IMG/VR virus record: IMGVR_UViG_3300029825_000749
Span: 253-64,252 of that record
Strand: one strand, 5' to 3'
Length of the DNA: 64,000 nt
Source of the DNA: a virus
Positions 9,962-19,677 of this stretch are shown piece by piece. Within the stretch, counting starts at the first letter, position 1. Each line of letters starts with the position of its first letter. A program made the translations under genes and the position numbers. The notes under the pieces were generated by a model that did no database searches, was not told the DNA's origin, and saw only the letters and a program-made list of their open reading frames with translations.

Positions 9962-10518
9962 GTGTGGATAATTATTGTGAAAAATGCGTATTGATTAATG
10001 AAAATGAAAATAAGTGTGGGAGAAAAGTATGGGCTGATTTTCATAATGTGAAACTCATTCCTGAAGAATGTGAATACCTCGAAGATATTGTCTCTGCACT
10101 TAACTGGAAACAAAAATATGAACGTGAAAAATTCTTAAGATTCATCTCTGAAGATTCATCACAATTCCAGATGAAATTGTTTGAGAATATGAGTAAATAT
10201 CAGTTTAAATCTATGAAAAAAATGGAAAAACAACTAAAAAAAGTTGCAAACCGATTACATGATGCTCGAGAGCAAATACACAAGATGAGTCCTCAAACAA
10301 AACATAATGAAAAATTCCAGGAATGCTGTGAAAATTGTAAGTATAGTGCTCCTGCTTATGTGAAAATTGCAGAAAGTTTTGAAGAAATCAGCAAAGATGA
10401 TGGTTGTGCATGTATGGTTCCATGGAAACAAGGATACTATTACATCCCATTAGTTGGAGATAGCGAACACCGATGCACAGATAAAAAATGCAGTTATTAT
10501 TGCATAGGGAATGAATGA
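9958..10518 (+). CDS. Hypothetical Cys-rich/coiled-coil protein
   Basis: CxxC clusters at both ends; GTGA/ATGA overlaps with neighbours. Confidence 0.55.
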   Translation: MSVDNYCEKCVLINENENKCGRKVWADFHNVKLIPEECEYLEDIVSALNWKQKYEREKFLRFISEDSSQFQMKLFENMSKYQFKSMKKMEKQLKKVANRLHDAREQIHKMSPQTKHNEKFQECCENCKYSAPAYVKIAESFEEISKDDGCACMVPWKQGYYYIPLVGDSEHRCTDKKCSYYCIGNE

Positions 10519-10739
10519 TGAAATTTAATATAATTGAAGAAAGCATTGTAGAGGAATTAAACAAGATTTATCCTGCTTTTAAAAAGGATTATATGGATTT
10601 AAGTATCCCTGCTACTGAAGTTAAGGCAAAACATGATTTAAGTAAAAAAAAGTATGATATCTTGAGGGAGGAAGTTAAAACTCGTGAAGGATTTGCACGA
10701 AGAGCAGACAATCGAAAACTTAGATCTAATAAGGTGTAA
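10515..10739 (+). CDS. Hypothetical protein (possible HTH)
   Basis: Operon packing; basic C-terminus. Confidence 0.5.
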   Translation: MMKFNIIEESIVEELNKIYPAFKKDYMDLSIPATEVKAKHDLSKKKYDILREEVKTREGFARRADNRKLRSNKV

Positions 10740-10742
10740 AAG

Positions 10743-11225
10743 GTGAAAACAATTATGATACTACAAGAGTGTAATACTGCAATAGAAAATCTTGAAAAAT
10801 TAAGTATGATTTTGATACTTGATGATGATTTTTGTGTGAAAAAAAAGTATAATACTGCAAATAAGTATTTAGGGATGGTTAGTTCATTTTTGCATGATTT
10901 ACGAAATAATCAGACAAATGAAAGATTAATGATAGCTATGGAATTATATGCTGAGGGGCTTGTGGATTTAAAAAAAGGATCTGAAATTGCATCAGTACCT
11001 ATTCTGGACTTTACAAAGTGCTTGAATGAATTTGGAATAAAATGTGTTAAGGATAATGTTGAGAAATTTTCACAAGCAAATAATTGTTTTTTATTCTTAA
11101 AAGTTTGTATGCTAGATTTTCTAACCTATTTTGATGAATGTGAAGAAGAATTTGATGAAAAAGCTAAGGTTATACATTGTTTAAATATTTTAAATGAATT
11201 TTTTAAAGAGGAAGGTTGTGAGTGA
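10743..11225 (+). CDS. Protein containing a UPF0175-like domain
   Basis: AMELYAEGLVDLKKGSEIASVPILDFTKCLNEFGI matches the ALELY.EG.ISL.KAAE.A.....F...L...GI pattern. Confidence 0.6.
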   Translation: MKTIMILQECNTAIENLEKLSMILILDDDFCVKKKYNTANKYLGMVSSFLHDLRNNQTNERLMIAMELYAEGLVDLKKGSEIASVPILDFTKCLNEFGIKCVKDNVEKFSQANNCFLFLKVCMLDFLTYFDECEEEFDEKAKVIHCLNILNEFFKEEGCE

Positions 11226-11531
11226 ATGGAAAAAATTGAAAAATTTATAAATAGATCATGGAGTGGTACAGAACGTGAAGCCTTGTTTATTTTATGTTAT
11301 GATATTTTAACTGAACCTGAAATTCAAAATAATATAAGGGAACTTTTAAATGATTATGAAAAATTTATGGAAGTTCTTGATACTTTTATTGATGATAATG
11401 CCTTATTGTTTAATCCTATTTATGTGAAAAAAAATATTATCAGTTTATTGCACCAATTATGGAAATTGTCTGGTTCTAATTTAGAGGACTTACAAAAAAA
11501 TATTGAAATTATTTACCCTAAAATTGATTAG
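11226..11531 (+). CDS. Hypothetical protein
   Basis: ORF abutting the upstream stop; GGAAGG RBS. Confidence 0.55.
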   Translation: MEKIEKFINRSWSGTEREALFILCYDILTEPEIQNNIRELLNDYEKFMEVLDTFIDDNALLFNPIYVKKNIISLLHQLWKLSGSNLEDLQKNIEIIYPKID

Positions 11532-11772
11532 TCAAAGTGGAGTGTACTAAAAAAAGATTATGCAATTTAAAGTGAAAAAATCTTGAAACAGAAGAAATCT
11601 ACTCTAACCCCTTCTGGTATGCTTGAGGAATTGCAAGAGAAAATCTTGAAAAAAAATTGAATTTAAACAAAAGGGGCTTGGATGAATTTTGTGTGATGTT
11701 ATTTAATAGGAGATGTTGTGATAATTAATTTTCTTAGAGATAAGGGGAGATATTGCGCAATCCCCTTTAAAT

Positions 11773-12210
11773 ATGGAAAATAATAGAGGTGAAAAAACAA
11801 TGGTTAATATAGCTAAAATTGAAAGAGAATATGCAGTAAGATGTGTGGAGTGTCTTGAACCTGAAATTACAGATTGGATAAATACTTGTAAGGATGGTAA
11901 TTGGGATATAAATGATTTAAAAGTTATGGGAAAAGTTTTTACAGAATACATTGTATTACAGGAAAGAGTAGTTGACTTATACAAAGATAAAGATGATATA
12001 GTAAAACAAACAATGGATATGGGGACAGATGCACAAAATGAGATAACACAATTATTACGAAAGTATTGTACAAAAAGCAATACAACCAATTTGATGCTTG
12101 TTGAATCTGAAAACATTGAAAATCTATTTAGGAATGAAAAAAATTTATCTGAAACAGCACGAACTTACTTTGAAAATCTTATGCAACAAATAAAAGGAAG
12201 AAACAGATAA
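11773..12210 (+). CDS. Hypothetical protein
   Basis: 145 aa ORF; GAGGTGA RBS before an internal ATG. Confidence 0.55.
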   Translation: MENNRGEKTMVNIAKIEREYAVRCVECLEPEITDWINTCKDGNWDINDLKVMGKVFTEYIVLQERVVDLYKDKDDIVKQTMDMGTDAQNEITQLLRKYCTKSNTTNLMLVESENIENLFRNEKNLSETARTYFENLMQQIKGRNR

Positions 12211-12476
12211 TGATTCATGAAATAAGGTTAAAACACAAAACTTATACGAAGAATTGGTATCTAAAAAGTGAAAAGGATTACACCTATGAAGAGTTAGATG
12301 CTTTAATGTGCAAAATCTTTGATAACTTAGAATTACTTCCTTTTACTTCTACTCGCGAGGTAGATGAAGGGTATCAGAAAATCATAAACAGAATGGTGGA
12401 AAATCATGGTTTTCTTAAGGTAAGATCCACAAACGAGGCAATGGATTTTCTTATACCTATTTTTTTAATGGAGTAA
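12210..12476 (+). CDS. Hypothetical protein
   Basis: Start overlaps the upstream stop. Confidence 0.55.
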   Translation: MIHEIRLKHKTYTKNWYLKSEKDYTYEELDALMCKIFDNLELLPFTSTREVDEGYQKIINRMVENHGFLKVRSTNEAMDFLIPIFLME

Positions 12477-12635
12477 AAAAAGTGGTAATGAGGGATGATT
12501 TAGAAAAGTGTAAGAAGAAAAATAAGAAGTTGAAAAGACAAGTGCATAGGTTAGAAATTTGTTTAAAGCAGGTTTCAATTTCTTATTTGAAAGATTATAG
12601 AAAATAATTAAAAAAGAGGTTAAAATTGGAAAATA

Positions 12636-12860
12636 ATGAAAACAGGAATATATTTTTATAGATTAGACTTGTATGGGGATGTACATTTCTTTATGAACTT
12701 TAAACAGTATAACAGTGAGGAATTCTTACGACAAGTTGATAATGCAAAAAACCATTCTGAAAAATACTGGATACCCTTCTTAAAAGACTTGTATGGATAT
12801 GAATTAATCCCTATCATAGCTTATGCAAAACTGGGAGGTGAACTTGAATGGGAAATTTAA
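12636..12860 (+). CDS. Hypothetical protein
   Basis: ORF in operon. Confidence 0.5.
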   Translation: MKTGIYFYRLDLYGDVHFFMNFKQYNSEEFLRQVDNAKNHSEKYWIPFLKDLYGYELIPIIAYAKLGGELEWEI

Positions 12861-13273
12861 AAAACACATTTTTAACACATGAAAGTATTTGCACACTAAT
12901 AATATCAGTAGGAGTAGCATTACTCTTATGTATGTTACATAAACAATTACATTATGATGTATTTATGGGAGTGGCTGCAGCACTATTGGGATCATTGATA
13001 ATTCTAGCTAGTATTCTAATATCCATCCCTAAAAAGGGAAGAATAAAAGTTTTATGCTTGAATGAAAGTTATTACAAAATATTTTACACTTTTATAATTA
13101 GTATAATATCCCAGGCAGGATTATTAATTTTTAGTATTATAGGATTACTTGGTGCAGGGGGATACATTTTCAACTTCCTTTTCTTTTTTATTCTCACATC
13201 TGTAATAGGTTACTTATTATTAGATATTTATGTTTTCATACAATTATTAGACATAATATTCTTAAGAAAATAA
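12848..13273 (+). CDS. Integral membrane protein (about 4 TM helices)
   Basis: Four long hydrophobic segments. Confidence 0.65.
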   Translation: MGNLKNTFLTHESICTLIISVGVALLLCMLHKQLHYDVFMGVAAALLGSLIILASILISIPKKGRIKVLCLNESYYKIFYTFIISIISQAGLLIFSIIGLLGAGGYIFNFLFFFILTSVIGYLLLDIYVFIQLLDIIFLRK

Positions 13274-13282
13274 TAAAATGGA

Positions 13283-13519
13283 GTGTTGAGTTTGGATTCT
13301 AAAAAATTAGATAGTATTGTAGAAAAAAAGGGGGAAAGTGAAACAATAGAAATTCTAAAAAGAGATAGTCGGGTACTTGACAAGTATTACTGCCTCTTAG
13401 AAAATAGTTTAAATGATTTTAAGGGACAAAAAGAACGAACCTGTGAAATAAAAAATATGATGAGAGTACTGAATGCTCTTATGATGTTAATAGTAAAAAA
13501 GATTGAGAAATTTAAATAA
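13283..13519 (+). CDS. Hypothetical protein
   Basis: ORF in operon. Confidence 0.45.
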   Translation: MLSLDSKKLDSIVEKKGESETIEILKRDSRVLDKYYCLLENSLNDFKGQKERTCEIKNMMRVLNALMMLIVKKIEKFK

Positions 13520-13536
13520 AAAAAACATAACAAAAT

Positions 13537-15303
13537 TTGCTTGGGATGATAAAATATATGGAAGCATTAGACTTTTTTCCTTATATACATTTAAGGAAAG
13601 GCCAAGGAATTGCAATCGCTGAAGGATGTGAAGCACTTGAATGTGGATATAAACATATATCCCTTCGTGCACCCCCAGGAACTGGAAAATCTGGGGTGGG
13701 GCGAACATTAATGGAATTTATGCTTAATGTGAGGGATTGGAAATCTTTTCTCCTTACTTCCACCATCCACCTCCAAAACCAGTACCAAAATGATTACAGT
13801 CAAAATAACCCTAATTTTGTAAATTTTAAAAAAATAACGGGTAGGAGAAATTATGATTGTAAATTAAGTAAATGTGTACTACGATGTGATGATGGATTGT
13901 GCAGAGATAGATTAAGTGATGACAAGCCTTGTCCTAATTATATGCATGCAAAAGATTTATTTATTGGATCTTTACCTAATGGTTTACCTACTTGTGATTT
14001 TTATGAAGCAAAAGAAAGAGCGATTCATGCAGATATAACTTTAATGAATTACCCCCTCCTTTGTACTGAAAACTTGTTTGGACATTCATATAAGAAAAGA
14101 AATTTCATGGTCTTAGATGAAGCACATAATATTGAAGACCAAATATTATTATTTGTAAAAGAATCTGTTGCAGAATCAACTCTACAAGAAGATTTAAGTG
14201 TAGAGTTTCCATCAAATTGGAGAAAAATTAAAGATGTAAACATGTGGGCAGAATGGATGTGGAATGTGGGTGAAAATTATGAAAGATTATATAATTTCAC
14301 TAAAGATAGTAATGACCCAATAAAACAAGCGGAAATAGAAAGATTCCATGGTAAAGCTCAAACATTTAAATATAAAAGTGAAAAATTAAGTAATGTTAAT
14401 TGTGAATGGGTTGTATGTCCTGATGAACACATTAATACTGTTGAATTTAAACCAGTACTTGGACAAGATTATGTGCCTGAATTAATCCTTAAATCTGCAG
14501 ACCATCACTTGTACATGAGTGGTAGTATAAGTGATGTTGATTACCTATCAAATATGATAGGTGTGGATCCAAGTGAGATTTATGATATAAACATTGAAAC
14601 CCCTTGGAACTTACGTGAAAGAAACCCTATATTGTATTATCCAGTTACTCGTATGCATGCAAAAGGTAATGATTTTGCACTTTTAAAAAGATTTAAGAAA
14701 CTTAAACCTTACCTTGAATGGATATTCGATAGACACGCAGATGAGAAAGGATTAATACACACAAATTCCACTAAATATGCCTCTATCCTCTTAAAACTTT
14801 TTGAGGATGAACCTGAATTTTTTAATAGATTTATCACCTACCACCCATCCTCAGATAAGTATAATGATTTAAACCTTCCTACAAAAACAGAAGCAATACA
14901 TCTTTTGAAAAAATCCAATGAACCGAAAATTTTAGTATCATATAGTTTATGGGAAGGGGTAGATTTACCTGATGATGATTGCAGATTTCAAGTTTTCACA
15001 AAGGCTCCTTGGTTAAATCCTAATGATGAAGTTGTGCAAAAACATAGAACCTTAGATCCAGATTGGTATAATAAAGTTACTGCACAAAAATTCATACAAG
15101 GAGTAGGTAGAGGTATGAGAAGCGCTGATGATACTTGTATGAATTATGTTCTTGATGAAGGTTTTGAAACAATTTTAGGGGATAATTCTCCTTTACCTAT
15201 GCAAATCAGGGATTCAATTACAAAGTATCCCCTAAAAAAAGATTTCCATTTAATAAGAAATACAGATACTTATTTAACACAAGAAAAAATCATGGTGAGA
15301 TGA
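13537..15303 (+). CDS. DinG/XPD (Rad3)-like SF2 helicase
   Basis: Walker A APPGTGKS, VLDEAHN, SLWEGVDLPDD, QGVGRGMR; Cys cluster after motif Ia (possible Fe-S). Confidence 0.9.
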   Translation: MLGMIKYMEALDFFPYIHLRKGQGIAIAEGCEALECGYKHISLRAPPGTGKSGVGRTLMEFMLNVRDWKSFLLTSTIHLQNQYQNDYSQNNPNFVNFKKITGRRNYDCKLSKCVLRCDDGLCRDRLSDDKPCPNYMHAKDLFIGSLPNGLPTCDFYEAKERAIHADITLMNYPLLCTENLFGHSYKKRNFMVLDEAHNIEDQILLFVKESVAESTLQEDLSVEFPSNWRKIKDVNMWAEWMWNVGENYERLYNFTKDSNDPIKQAEIERFHGKAQTFKYKSEKLSNVNCEWVVCPDEHINTVEFKPVLGQDYVPELILKSADHHLYMSGSISDVDYLSNMIGVDPSEIYDINIETPWNLRERNPILYYPVTRMHAKGNDFALLKRFKKLKPYLEWIFDRHADEKGLIHTNSTKYASILLKLFEDEPEFFNRFITYHPSSDKYNDLNLPTKTEAIHLLKKSNEPKILVSYSLWEGVDLPDDDCRFQVFTKAPWLNPNDEVVQKHRTLDPDWYNKVTAQKFIQGVGRGMRSADDTCMNYVLDEGFETILGDNSPLPMQIRDSITKYPLKKDFHLIRNTDTYLTQEKIMVR

Positions 15304-15311
15304 TAAAAAAC

Positions 15312-15452
15312 ATGGAAAATCTTTACGAAGAAGAGTTACATGCTCTTCAAAACAGTTTGGAAATTGCACGAAAAAATGCAATTAAATGGCAAGAAAAAGC
15401 AGTCGAATATGAACAATTACTCATAGAAAAATTAGGTGAAAAACCTCAATGA
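15312..15452 (+). CDS. Small helical hypothetical protein (46 aa)
   Basis: Manual ORF MENLYEEELHALQNSLEIARK...; preceded by the GAGATGAT motif. Confidence 0.5.
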   Translation: MENLYEEELHALQNSLEIARKNAIKWQEKAVEYEQLLIEKLGEKPQ

Positions 15453-15634
15453 ATGTTGAAGAATTAGTTCATATCTTGCAGAACGCAATTGATGTAGGGG
15501 ATCTAGCTAGTGCACCTATCATGGTGGATTGTATTGATTCCTTACTTGATGTTGTAGGTGTACATGAGATTGAAATTATAGAAGAAGATAACACGGAAAC
15601 ATTTGCATTACTTCTTGAAACAGAAATCCTATGA
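15449..15634 (+). CDS. Small acidic hypothetical protein
   Basis: ATGA overlap with the upstream ORF. Confidence 0.5.
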   Translation: MNVEELVHILQNAIDVGDLASAPIMVDCIDSLLDVVGVHEIEIIEEDNTETFALLLETEIL

Positions 15635-15737
15635 GTTTTTCAATTCTTAAATGAGTAAAAAATAATTTGGATTGAAATAAATTATTGGATTTATAGTATT
15701 TGTAGATTATAATTGAAAAGAGGAGGTAAAAAGTATA

Positions 15738-16466
15738 ATGTTTAAGTGCAGTGTAATAGACACAAGTGAATTTAAAAACATTTTTGAAGGATTAGCAAGA
15801 ATTATTGATGAAACACAATTACAAGCAGACAGTGAAGGACTGCGATGTGAGGCCTTAAGCCGAGACCATGTAAGCTTTATTAACCTTGATTTTGAAAAGG
15901 ACTCTTTCATGGAATTTGTGTGTGATGAACCTATGAAATTAAACATTAGTACTGATGAATTTTATAAAGTCCTTAAAAGGGCGAAGACTAATGATGAAAT
16001 CTATTTGGAAGCTGATGAAAACAATATCATACTAACCTTTAAAGGTGATGCTACACGAAGATTCACAATAAGACAAATTGATCTTGAATACTCAAATCCT
16101 GGGATGCCTAAATTACCTTTCACCATTAAAGAAATCCATACAAATTTCAGTATATTCAAACAAGGGGTAGATGACTGTGAAATGTACAGTGACAAATTCA
16201 CACTCATGTTTGATGAAAATAATATAGTTATTGAAACTATGGAAGGAGTTGGAGAAATCAGTGAAAAGTGGGTGCATAATGAAACGAATATAAGTCCTGC
16301 AAAATCTACTTACAGTTGTGAGAAAATCAAAGACTTCCTTAAAATCAACAAGGTAACTGAAGAATTAATTTTGTCCTTAGGAGAAGATATGCCGCTCCTA
16401 TGTAATTTGATTGGGTCTTATGTGGAAATACAATTCATGTTAGCACCTAGAATTGAAGCAGATTAA
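15738..16466 (+). CDS. pcn: DNA polymerase sliding clamp (PCNA)
   Basis: 242 aa; FKNIFEGL, ALSRDHVSFINL, DMPL and FMLAPRIE hallmarks; GGAGG RBS. Confidence 0.95.
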   Translation: MFKCSVIDTSEFKNIFEGLARIIDETQLQADSEGLRCEALSRDHVSFINLDFEKDSFMEFVCDEPMKLNISTDEFYKVLKRAKTNDEIYLEADENNIILTFKGDATRRFTIRQIDLEYSNPGMPKLPFTIKEIHTNFSIFKQGVDDCEMYSDKFTLMFDENNIVIETMEGVGEISEKWVHNETNISPAKSTYSCEKIKDFLKINKVTEELILSLGEDMPLLCNLIGSYVEIQFMLAPRIEAD

Positions 16467-16660
16467 GAAGTGCCTATGAAGAGATGGAATACTGAATAAA
16501 ACTCTACAAAAATTTTATTCCATTTCAGAGGACAAAATATGGTCTGGAAAGATTGGAAGTAATTATGGAAAAAATTTATCAGTAACATAAAAAATTTAGA
16601 ATTTAGAAATTTTATACGAACAAAGATTAAAAAGAATATTATTTTAGGAAAAGAAAAATC

Positions 16661-16867
16661 ATGAAGAAGTTTGCAGCAGTATTGTTAATTATAATGTTAA
16701 TTTTTAGTTTAATCATCTCATTATTTTTAGCATTTTTATCAGTCATTGCTTCAAACTTTTTAGGATTTAATGGGATATTTTGGTGGTTATCAACTATCAT
16801 CTTATTCTTAATCTTTTCAGGCCTATTTACATTTATAAATTATTATTACTACTTTTTAAACACTTGA
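16661..16867 (+). CDS. Small 2-TM membrane protein
   Basis: Two hydrophobic segments. Confidence 0.55.
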   Translation: MKKFAAVLLIIMLIFSLIISLFLAFLSVIASNFLGFNGIFWWLSTIILFLIFSGLFTFINYYYYFLNT

Positions 16868-16882
16868 GGATTATATTTATTA

Positions 16883-17647
16883 ATGAATAACATATTTAAC
16901 AATTTAAAAAAGAAAAAATTATACATTTTCCCAATCAGTGACCTCCACTTAGGTTCACCAGCCTGCAATTTAGATTACTTTGATTATTGGAAAACTGTAT
17001 TCAAGAAAACACGGACAAAAAACAAGATTATCTACCTATTAGGTGATATGATAGATTTCCAAAGCCTCCGAGTAGGTGCATGGGATTTTGATGCTACAGC
17101 AGATGAACAAATCTTACATTTACAATACTTACTTAAACCCTACAGAAAGTATATTCGCTACATTGTCCCTGGAAACCACACACTTAGAGGTAAGAAAGAT
17201 TTCAATTTAGATATTGGTCGAGTAGTAGCAGACAGATTAAATGTACCTTACAGTTCTACTGATTTCTTCGATACCTTAGAAATAGATCACAAGCCTTTTG
17301 TAATTTATGGAAAGCATGGGACAAGGTTTAGTAAGAATCAGAAACTTGCAGAAAAAAATTTTATCGCAGATTGTGCAGGAGTAAATGCAGATCTTTGTTT
17401 GCAAGGACATAATCATTATGCTTCAGGTTTTGATAGTGTTATTAGAACAGCACAAAACTTAAAACTTAGATATTATGGTTTTACTGGAAATTATATTCAA
17501 TATTATAATAGTTATGCTCGAAGAAAAGGATCTACAGTCATGCCAGAATCATTTATGAAATTCAGCATAGATAAAAATTTGAAAGTTAATTGGCAAACAT
17601 TCAACATTATTAAAGAGCGCCCAGACCTGATTTATTATGGTGATTAA
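16883..17647 (+). CDS. Calcineurin-like metallophosphoesterase
   Basis: SDLHLG, GDMID, GNH, HG and GHNH motifs. Confidence 0.9.
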   Translation: MNNIFNNLKKKKLYIFPISDLHLGSPACNLDYFDYWKTVFKKTRTKNKIIYLLGDMIDFQSLRVGAWDFDATADEQILHLQYLLKPYRKYIRYIVPGNHTLRGKKDFNLDIGRVVADRLNVPYSSTDFFDTLEIDHKPFVIYGKHGTRFSKNQKLAEKNFIADCAGVNADLCLQGHNHYASGFDSVIRTAQNLKLRYYGFTGNYIQYYNSYARRKGSTVMPESFMKFSIDKNLKVNWQTFNIIKERPDLIYYGD

Positions 17648-17650
17648 ATT

Positions 17651-17929
17651 ATGGGAAAATGGGTTGAAGCAGTTAAAGATGGGATGGTGTTACAAGGGAT
17701 ACAATTAGACATTACAAGTATTCCTTTAGATATTTATCTTAAAGTAGGGGACATTTTACATTTTTGTTATATTGAAAAAGAAGATGATGACTTACTAATT
17801 GTAAGTGAAACAACTAGTGAATTGAATGAGGAAATTAGAATTATTAACACAAATGAAATTTCACATATTGCAATCTGCTATGTAAAACAATTAACCCTTG
17901 AGGGTGATGAAGATGTGATGTATACATGA
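17651..17929 (+). CDS. Hypothetical protein (Sm/LSm-like fold possible)
   Basis: Small beta-rich protein; IINTNEISHI resembles an Sm2-like strand. Confidence 0.35.
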   Translation: MGKWVEAVKDGMVLQGIQLDITSIPLDIYLKVGDILHFCYIEKEDDDLLIVSETTSELNEEIRIINTNEISHIAICYVKQLTLEGDEDVMYT

Positions 17930-18402
17930 ATGAAAAGGATTTACGAAATCTTGAAATTATTATACTTTTATGCATTATACTTGCAAATCTTTTAGTGGCG
18001 TATTATCTTTATACTCCTATAAATAATCCTAAAGAGATAGAAGCAGATGATGTAATAATTGTAATTGATAATAATTCTAACTTGGAGAAGGTAGCTGAAG
18101 ACCATTATGTTGACATCCATGAGGGGATGGATGTGGAGATTTATAGGAATGTATCAAGTTTGCATGCTTGGTTAGTTTCACAAAATTTCACAGGAAAACG
18201 ATTTCAAGATCACCATCAAAGAGGTGAATATCAAGGGATTTATGCACAAAAAACATCAGGAAATCAAATTACAGGTGAACAAACAATTAACACATTTGTA
18301 GTGTATTATAATCCTCGGAAACATATTATTGTCACGATTTATAGTGAGAACGATGATAACTCTGCATTAGAATATGTGCAGGATTTAAAAAATAAGGAAT
18401 AA
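17926..18402 (+). CDS. Membrane-anchored hypothetical protein
   Basis: N-terminal hydrophobic anchor. Confidence 0.55.
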   Translation: MNEKDLRNLEIIILLCIILANLLVAYYLYTPINNPKEIEADDVIIVIDNNSNLEKVAEDHYVDIHEGMDVEIYRNVSSLHAWLVSQNFTGKRFQDHHQRGEYQGIYAQKTSGNQITGEQTINTFVVYYNPRKHIIVTIYSENDDNSALEYVQDLKNKE

Positions 18403-18412
18403 AATAAACACA

Positions 18413-18679
18413 ATGAAAGGAAAAAACATAGAAAAACAAATCAAAAACATAGCAAAGGGGAAGTATGAAAATTATTTAATGAAATCAATTGATTACGAGC
18501 TACCAGCTTGTGATTTAATTATCAATAAAGGAAAAGATGAAGAGCAAATATATCCTAACCTTAATGAGGTGAACTTATTTAGTCAAGGATTCATGGTTAT
18601 ACGCAGTATTGATCCTCGAATTGATAGTACAAACATAGACTATATAGACATAGAAACATTAGAATTTCAGGTGAGATGA
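18413..18679 (+). CDS. Hypothetical protein
   Basis: ORF in operon. Confidence 0.5.
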   Translation: MKGKNIEKQIKNIAKGKYENYLMKSIDYELPACDLIINKGKDEEQIYPNLNEVNLFSQGFMVIRSIDPRIDSTNIDYIDIETLEFQVR

Positions 18680-19029
18680 TTTTTAAGAATACAGCAATGA
18701 CTGACTGGAGATGTGAGCAGAAGCTTCGACTTGCAGATATTATAGGGACACGATGTCATCTTCATGGTGAAGATAAGCAAATGCTTTACCATTTAGTGAA
18801 AACTTTCACCAATTTCCGGGAATTATGTGCAAAATGTAGTAATGAACAAATCATTGCATCCTTTTGTTTTTATATTATGAAGAATCGTGATTCAAGACGA
18901 CAAATCTCAGATTATGCTGTTTTGAATGAGTATGAGTTAACTGAGAAGGTATACCTTACAATTCTTACAAGATTATGCAATTATTATCAACGGAAACTAT
19001 TATTACAACGAAATATTGAACAAAAGTAA
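18676..19029 (+). CDS. Putative single cyclin-fold (TFB/TFIIB core-like) protein
   Basis: All-helical 117 aa; SNEQIIASFCFYIMK aligns by eye to the TFB SIEGVVAASLYAACR helix. Confidence 0.5.
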   Translation: MIFKNTAMTDWRCEQKLRLADIIGTRCHLHGEDKQMLYHLVKTFTNFRELCAKCSNEQIIASFCFYIMKNRDSRRQISDYAVLNEYELTEKVYLTILTRLCNYYQRKLLLQRNIEQK

Positions 19030-19128
19030 AGTAAAAACTGTGAGCCCTGCGACAAAGTTGCAATATAAAGTGAGGATAACTTAATTCCTCAAAATCTCAT
19101 CTACAAATTATTTTTTAAGGAGAAAACA

Positions 19129-19350
19129 TTGAGGGGTTCACAAGAAAATTATAGTATAAAAAAAATTAAATTTATGTCAGAAAAGAAAAAACAAATCATC
19201 AAATTCAAGAAATGTCCTGAGTGTGGATGCAAAAACTTGGATGATGATAAAAACGAACTAACCTGCACACAATGTGGATTAGTTCTACAAGGCACAAACC
19301 CATATGTGGGACTTAGAAAGATTGAGTACCCTCTAGGATATTATGTATGA
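19129..19350 (+). CDS. TFIIB-type zinc-ribbon protein
   Basis: CPECG...DDDKNELTCTQCGLVL. Confidence 0.8.
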   Translation: MRGSQENYSIKKIKFMSEKKKQIIKFKKCPECGCKNLDDDKNELTCTQCGLVLQGTNPYVGLRKIEYPLGYYV

Positions 19351-19440
19351 ACCTCCCATTTATTCTTCAAAAAATTATTAGATGAGCAAAATAAAACTTT
19401 TTTTAAATATAAAACAATTTTTAACGAGGAAAAAACAAGA

Positions 19441-19677
19441 ATGGATAAAAACAATTTTACAACAGCACTTACAGGAGTTTTACTTGCACTATTCTCATAT
19501 TTAGGTATTAGTCAAGCAACCAGTAATATATTACTACAAGCATTAGCTCCTTTTATCTCCATTGCAATAGCTTACATTATGAGTTATTTTAATGAAAAAT
19601 ATCCATCAAGCTGGGTAACATCTGTTTCCATCTTAAATGATATAGGAACAGGTACTGAAGACGAAGATGGGATTTAA
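19441..19677 (+). CDS. Holin-like small membrane protein
   Basis: Two TM segments with a charged C-terminus, ahead of the packaging genes. Confidence 0.5.
   Translation: MDKNNFTTALTGVLLALFSYLGISQATSNILLQALAPFISIAIAYIMSYFNEKYPSSWVTSVSILNDIGTGTEDEDGI

Noticed and set aside
11540-11710. ORF-like debris between accessory genes (similar debris at 16470-16650)
   Set aside because: Frames are interrupted and show no recognisable homology, so a pseudogene call cannot be supported.
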